The notes beneath the pieces were generated by a model. That model was given only the letters and a program-made list of their open reading frames with translations. It searched no databases and was not told the origin of the DNA. Of a stretch of 11,930 bases of DNA, positions 7,227 to 11,930 are shown piece by piece (within the stretch, counting starts at the first letter, position 1; each line of letters starts with the position of its first letter). Position numbers and translations under genes: made by a program. Origin of the DNA: Simkaniaceae bacterium (lineage in GTDB: Bacteria; Chlamydiota; Chlamydiia; Chlamydiales; JAJFMI01); the NCBI GenBank assembly GCA_040880145.1, contig JBBDIZ010000033.1, positions 1-11,930 on the forward strand. The letters run 5' to 3'.

Positions 7227-7904
7227 ATGAATGAATTAATTTTTTTTGGACACGTCATCCTTGTTGTCGCTTTTATTTTAGGCGCATTAAGACTGGGAAG
7301 AGAGTTTCTCTTCACTTGTTTTGCGATTCAAATCGTGCTGGCTAACCTTCTGATCTTTAAGCAGATCACTTTCTTTGGATTGACGATGACCTGCACCGAG
7401 ATGCTTACCATCGGAAGCATCTTAACACTCAACCTCATTCAGGAATATTATAGCAAAAAAGAAGCCTCTAAGGCGATTTGGGTCAGCTTTTTTATGCTGG
7501 TCTTCTTTGCCTTTATGACGCAAATTCATCTTATTTATCACCCAAGCCCCCACGACAGAGCGCATGATGCCTACCAAGCGATCTTATCAAGTGGTCCCCG
7601 CGTAGTCTTTGCCTCTCTTTTTGTCACCTTATTTATACAACGGCTTGATATGCACCTTTATAGCTATTTGCAAAAAAAGCTCTCTCCTAAACGGATTGTA
7701 CTGAGAACCTTTGGTTCTTTAGTGATTTCTCAGTTTTTGGATACGATTCTGTTTAGCTTTGTCGGATTATTTGGACTCGTTCATAACATTTTTCATATCA
7801 TCTGCATGAGCTTTTTCATCAAAGTAATTGTCATTTCATCCATGACCCCCTTCACGGCCTTTTCCAAAAAAATAATAGGAAAACATGATCCCCTTTCAAT
7901 TTGA
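7227..7904 (+). CDS. yhhQ: Queuosine precursor transporter (YhhQ / VUT family)
   Basis: Polytopic membrane protein with LANL..KQI, NLIQEYYSKKEA, PRVVFASL, QRLD and RTFGSLVISQFLDTILFSFVGL motifs. Overlaps tgt by 20 bp. Confidence 0.88.
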   Translation: MNELIFFGHVILVVAFILGALRLGREFLFTCFAIQIVLANLLIFKQITFFGLTMTCTEMLTIGSILTLNLIQEYYSKKEASKAIWVSFFMLVFFAFMTQIHLIYHPSPHDRAHDAYQAILSSGPRVVFASLFVTLFIQRLDMHLYSYLQKKLSPKRIVLRTFGSLVISQFLDTILFSFVGLFGLVHNIFHIICMSFFIKVIVISSMTPFTAFSKKIIGKHDPLSI

Positions 7905-9015
7905 GATTCTTCATCAATCGGCTCGATCTTCCGCTCGAGTCGGTCGGATCCATACCCCCCATGGCGTCATCGATACCCCAGGCTTTGTTGCAGTTGGAAC
8001 AAATGGGACTTTAAAAGCAATCGATAATGAGAGCGTCAATCAAATTGGGCTTCAACTGATGTTTTGCAATACCTATCATCTCATGCTCCAACCAGGCTCG
8101 GAGGTCGTCAAAAAAGCGGGCGGTCTTCATCGTTTTATTAACCGCACCCTTCCCATCATCACCGATTCGGGTGGATTTCAGGTCTTTTCTCTCGCTTATG
8201 GATCCGTTGCCTCTGAGCTTAAAAGCCAAGGGGCCAAAAAGAGCGGTGGCGGTGTATTAAAGATTACTGAAGAAGGCGTCCTTTTTCGCTCCTACCGAGA
8301 CGGCCAAAAAATACTCTTAACTCCAGAAACCTCGATTCAAGCCCAAAAAGATTTTGGAGCAGATATCATCATCCCTTTTGACGAGTTACCCCCTTACCAT
8401 ATCGATCCTAAAAAGCTTGTTCAATCTCTTGAGCGCACTCATCGATGGGAAAAACGATCACTGGATGAACACAAAAAAAATCCAAATGGTCAGGCTATGT
8501 ATGCGGTTATCCATGGGGGTATCGATCTAGAGTTAAGAGAAAAAAGCGTTCAAACACTCTCTTCCTTTGATTTCGATGGTTATGCCATCGGTGGAAGTGT
8601 GGGTAAAACTAAGAAAGAAATGTATGACATGCTTAAATTCACCCTCCCTAAAATCCCTTCAGAAAAACCCAATCATCTTTTGGGAATTGGAGATCTTGAA
8701 TCCCTTGAGCTCTCTGTTCCGCTCGGCATTGACACTTTTGATAGCTCCTACCCCACCAAAGCGGCACGGCATGGAATGCTTCTGACTAAACAAGGGAAAA
8801 TAAAGATAAAAAGCGGGAAATATCGAGACCATTTCGGCCCAATCGACAAAGACTGCTCTTGCCCAACGTGCTTAAATTATTCCCTAGCCTACCTCAATCA
8901 CCTCTTTAAGGCAAAAGAGGTAACAGGCCTAAATTTGGCATCCATCCACAATCTTCATTTTATGGTGGAGTTAATGAAAGCGTATCGTACCCAAATCCTT
9001 GAAAATAAAATTTAA
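7885..9015 (+). CDS. tgt: tRNA-guanine(34) transglycosylase, chlamydial-like variant
   Basis: ARVGRIHTPHG, VGTNGTLK, NTYHL, TDSGGFQVFSL, FDEL and GIDTFDS motifs, plus the Zn site CSCPTC...HNL. Confidence 0.96.
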   Translation: MIPFQFEILHQSARSSARVGRIHTPHGVIDTPGFVAVGTNGTLKAIDNESVNQIGLQLMFCNTYHLMLQPGSEVVKKAGGLHRFINRTLPIITDSGGFQVFSLAYGSVASELKSQGAKKSGGGVLKITEEGVLFRSYRDGQKILLTPETSIQAQKDFGADIIIPFDELPPYHIDPKKLVQSLERTHRWEKRSLDEHKKNPNGQAMYAVIHGGIDLELREKSVQTLSSFDFDGYAIGGSVGKTKKEMYDMLKFTLPKIPSEKPNHLLGIGDLESLELSVPLGIDTFDSSYPTKAARHGMLLTKQGKIKIKSGKYRDHFGPIDKDCSCPTCLNYSLAYLNHLFKAKEVTGLNLASIHNLHFMVELMKAYRTQILENKI

Positions 9016-9044
9016 ACTAGGTTCACTTATACCGAAATAATATT

Positions 9045-10127
9045 CTAAATATTTATATTATCACTACCTACTTTTAACACCTCTTTCAATAGCTTTATTT
9101 GATTAGAACTTTTCTGTTTCATCAATGTGAACAAAGATTTTGCGATAACATACCGGTTAATAGATACAGCATATTCAAAAGGGGTCTGCCCTTTCTCATT
9201 TTTAATATTTAAGTCAGCATGAGTATCATAAATATAAAAGATTTTAGAAATATTCCCTGTCTCTATTGCCGTGAAATAAGTATCATTTTGATTATTGATA
9301 GGCCTGTATGCTTGATTTATATATCCCATAAAGCTTGCAATATCTTTAGAAGAATGTCCGGCATTGTTTTTCCTATTAATGTCAGCTTTTTTTTCGAGCA
9401 GGAGTGAACACAAATTGAAATTCCCAACCATAAAAGCTCTATGCAAAAGAGTATTTCCACTTTCATCGAATGAGTTAATTTCGGAGTAATTCCTTATACA
9501 CCTAGCAAAAGTATCGACATCCTGTATGAAAATAAGTTGTTTTAAATTCAAATAAGAATCACTTGAATCCAACCTCCAGTACAACTTTTCTTTAGAATTG
9601 CTTTTATCAGATTGAAAAGCTTCAAGGAGTTCTCTCTTTGAATTCATCCTACTATGCTTAACTAGGCTGTCTGGAGGTTCAATGGGTCCAAGCGATTTCT
9701 TAAATAAATTCGTTAATACATCATACATTTGTGTTTCTTTGTATTGCTTATTCAAATGAGTTGAAAATAATTTTACTAAGAAATACTTCCCTAAGGAGAG
9801 AGCAAGCTCATAGGCTGTTTTTCCTTCACTATTCAGCATATTAATATCGGCTTGCTTGCTTAAAAGCAAATCGACTAAGCTCAAATTTCCATCGAGGGTT
9901 GCATCGAATAAATTCTGCTTGTCATTGATGCTTGGCAAAAGATCTACGTGAACATTACCGGCGAGATGAGCGACGTCAGATGGTAAATGACCCAAACCAT
10001 TCCTTATGTTGATATCTGCATGAAGTTGCATGAGTAATTCAACGCCATCCCGATTTCCGATCATAGCTGCAATATGAATCGGATTATTTTCTAAACTATA
10101 ATTTAGGTTAAAATAATTAATACTCAT
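9045..10127 (-). CDS. Ankyrin-repeat protein with two duplicated ankyrin blocks; candidate secreted effector
   Basis: NPIHIAAMIGNRDGVELLMQLHADIN, GNLSLVDLLLSKQADIN..EGKTAYELA, GNTLLHRAFMVGNFNLCSLLLEKKADIN and ADLNIKNEKGQTPFEYA. AAGGGA lies upstream of the ATG. Confidence 0.88.
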   Translation of the reverse strand: MSINYFNLNYSLENNPIHIAAMIGNRDGVELLMQLHADINIRNGLGHLPSDVAHLAGNVHVDLLPSINDKQNLFDATLDGNLSLVDLLLSKQADINMLNSEGKTAYELALSLGKYFLVKLFSTHLNKQYKETQMYDVLTNLFKKSLGPIEPPDSLVKHSRMNSKRELLEAFQSDKSNSKEKLYWRLDSSDSYLNLKQLIFIQDVDTFARCIRNYSEINSFDESGNTLLHRAFMVGNFNLCSLLLEKKADINRKNNAGHSSKDIASFMGYINQAYRPINNQNDTYFTAIETGNISKIFYIYDTHADLNIKNEKGQTPFEYAVSINRYVIAKSLFTLMKQKSSNQIKLLKEVLKVGSDNINI

Positions 10128-10233
10128 TCCAATCCCTTATTTATTAAATATATTTAAAAAAAGGCAATATCATATTTATATAATTAAAAGTCAAAAGAAT
10201 AAATTAAAATAATAGTTTTAATATGACAGAGTA

Positions 10234-10267
10234 TTGACTATCCACATATTCAAAAAGATGATAAAAT
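10234..10267 (+). promoter_or_regulatory. Putative promoter for the DMT transporter
   Basis: TTGACT at 10234-10239 with GATGAT after a 17-nt spacer, and an overlapping extended -10 TGaTAAAAT at 10259-10267. The register is ambiguous. Confidence 0.35.
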
Positions 10268-10279
10268 GAGTGGCCTAGT

Positions 10280-11212
10280 ATGGCAATTCTACTTACAATT
10301 TTTCTTTATGCGGTTTGGTCTAGCATCTTCCCTTTAGGAAAGATGGCACTCGAAATCGCTCCCCCCATTTTTCTAACAAGCAGCCGCATGCTGCTGGCAG
10401 GTGTATTGATCATCCTCTATCTGCTGCTTAAAAAACGCGACAGCCTCAAGCTCAGTCTCAAACAAATATTTTCACTTCTACTGCTTGGGCTATTTAGTAT
10501 ATACCTTACGAATGTTTGTGAATTCTATGGATTGAAGCACTTAACAGCTGCAAAAACGTGTTTTATTTATTCATTATCGCCTTTTTTTACCGCTCTTTTC
10601 TCTTATATTCACTTTAAAGAGAAGATGGATGGCAGAAAGTGGCTTGGGCTCATGATCGGATTCATTGGAGTTCTACCCGTTCTTATGATTCAGTCAGGCT
10701 CGGAGAATCTTCTACAAGCCTTTAGTTTCATAAGTTGGCCGGAGCTTGCAGTAATGGGCGCTGCTCTTTTTTCTGTTTATGGCTGGGTGCTTTTACGATT
10801 GGCGGTTAAGAATCAAACAATTTCTCCGATTGCAGCTAATGGTATTAGCATGCTCTTTGGCGGTTTCCTCGCTCTAATTCACTCATTAACGACAGAGGGT
10901 TGGAGCCCCATTCCGATCAGTCTAGAGAATCTTCCCAAACTCACCTCTCTTCTATTAACCATGACGCTTATATCAAATGTTCTCTGCTATAACCTTTATG
11001 GCTATCTTCTAAAGCGCTATACAGCAACACTTCTCTCATTCGTCGGCCTCTTAAGCCCAATCTTTGCATCGGTCACTAGCTGGTTTCTCATAGGAGAAGA
11101 GCCCTCATGGATCATCTTCCTATCAACTGCGCTCATCGCAAGCGGACTCTATATTGTCTATCAATCGGAGCTTCGCCAGGGTTATATCCTCAAGAAAGTG
11201 AAGAGCGCTTAA
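10280..11212 (+). CDS. DMT/EamA family transporter, likely homologue of the chlamydial S-adenosylmethionine/SAH carrier
   Basis: About 10 hydrophobic helices in two EamA repeats. Motifs WSS.F, SRMLLAG, YLTNVCEF.GL, CFIYSLSPF, PEL, YGWVLLR, IHS..TE.W.PIP, SN..CYNL and ELRQGY match my recollection of C. trachomatis CT580/CTL0843. Confidence 0.88.
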   Translation: MAILLTIFLYAVWSSIFPLGKMALEIAPPIFLTSSRMLLAGVLIILYLLLKKRDSLKLSLKQIFSLLLLGLFSIYLTNVCEFYGLKHLTAAKTCFIYSLSPFFTALFSYIHFKEKMDGRKWLGLMIGFIGVLPVLMIQSGSENLLQAFSFISWPELAVMGAALFSVYGWVLLRLAVKNQTISPIAANGISMLFGGFLALIHSLTTEGWSPIPISLENLPKLTSLLLTMTLISNVLCYNLYGYLLKRYTATLLSFVGLLSPIFASVTSWFLIGEEPSWIIFLSTALIASGLYIVYQSELRQGYILKKVKSA

Positions 11213-11247
11213 GATTTAAATAAATGCTCAAAAAAGACGATAAAGAC

Positions 11248-11817
11248 TTATTTACAACAAAAGCAGGCTTTGAAAAAATTCATAATTAGGCGCCAAAAGC
11301 TTTCAAAGTAACACTTAAGCGTTTTCCCAGGCTTTGGCTTGGAATCACTCTCAACTTGGGGGATATCAACGTCTTGAGGGATATCAACGTCTTGAGGGAT
11401 ATCAACGTCTTGAGGGATATCAACGTCTTGAGGGATATCAAATTTACCAGATAATGCCTCACCCAAAATTTCAAACTCTTTATCAATCTTTTTTAGTAAT
11501 AGATAAGATCTACAATCATTTGACAACTTCATTCTTGAAAAGTCTATGTCATCCAATATTTTGTCATTCTCATTATTTACTGATTCAATGAGATGAATAA
11601 AGTGCTTATACTCTTCTCTGGCACTCTTTTCCAAATTTGAAAGATCGGGTTCTTGCATAAACCGACCAATAAATGGGATATTACTCTTTATAACTTCCTT
11701 ATTCACTCGAAAAACCGTATTGTATGTATACGAAACTCTATAGACTAATTGATGATCTACTTTCTTACCTTGAACAATTATATTAAACGGCACTATTTTG
11801 TTATTAGCTGTCATCAA
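11248..11817 (-). CDS. Hypothetical protein with DIPQDV repeats and a Cys-rich C-terminus; possibly a 5'-truncated gene
   Basis: 189-aa AT-rich ORF (TTG 11817 or ATG 11814) with no SD-like sequence. The frame stays open 20 more codons upstream, to a TGA at 11880-11878. Confidence 0.65.
   Translation of the reverse strand: MMTANNKIVPFNIIVQGKKVDHQLVYRVSYTYNTVFRVNKEVIKSNIPFIGRFMQEPDLSNLEKSAREEYKHFIHLIESVNNENDKILDDIDFSRMKLSNDCRSYLLLKKIDKEFEILGEALSGKFDIPQDVDIPQDVDIPQDVDIPQDVDIPQVESDSKPKPGKTLKCYFESFWRLIMNFFKACFCCK
11355..11441. repeat. 18-bp in-frame tandem repeat (4 perfect copies plus partial flanks) encoding DIPQDV
   Basis: GGGATATCAACGTCTTGA at 11360-11377, 11378-11395, 11396-11413 and 11414-11431, plus GGGATATCAA at 11432-11441 and a degenerate CTTGG at 11355-11359. 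Confidence 0.95.
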
Positions 11818-11930
11818 TGGATCTGAAAAAGTAAAAGTAAAATCGGGTGATTCTGCATACTTTTTATAATTTTTTGCTCAGTACAGGACAAAAAAAATTG
11901 GAAGTAATGTAACTCGTTGATATGCAACAA

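Noticed and set aside
11355..11441. 18-bp repeats as CRISPR or iterons
   Set aside because: The units are head-to-tail with no spacers and lie in frame within a coding region.
5898..11591. Other short overlapping ORFs (5898-6158, 6155-6346, 6252-6437, 7048-7230, 8011-8229, 8567-8785, 9219-9407, 11286-11486, 11334-11591)
   Set aside because: They lie within or across longer genes in other frames or on the other strand. Their periodic peptides (YQRLEG, LISLKT, FSKSLIP) simply reflect the DNA repeats.

Overview
Bacterial chromosomal window whose gene content and protein motifs point to an environmental, host-associated member of the Chlamydiota (inference from recalled homologues, not from a database search). 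Position 1-54 looks like the end of an insertion sequence. The minus strand then carries a cluster of mdh, a eukaryote-type citrate synthase, a second divergent citrate synthase paralogue, a polytopic membrane protein and a DAO/MnmC-oxidase-like FAD oxidoreductase. The plus strand carries an acyl-CoA thioesterase, a bolA-grxD-yhhQ-tgt cluster (Fe-S trafficking plus queuine/preQ salvage) and a DMT/EamA transporter resembling the chlamydial SAM/SAH carrier. Three AT-rich, effector-like minus-strand ORFs are interleaved, each convergent on a housekeeping gene: a coiled-coil orphan, an ankyrin-repeat protein and a DIPQDV-repeat protein. The most striking feature is the tandem citrate synthase duplicate (1925-3007), which keeps the His/His/Asp catalytic residues but has an apparent Sec signal peptide in place of the parent's N-terminus, suggesting an exported citrate-synthase-fold protein.
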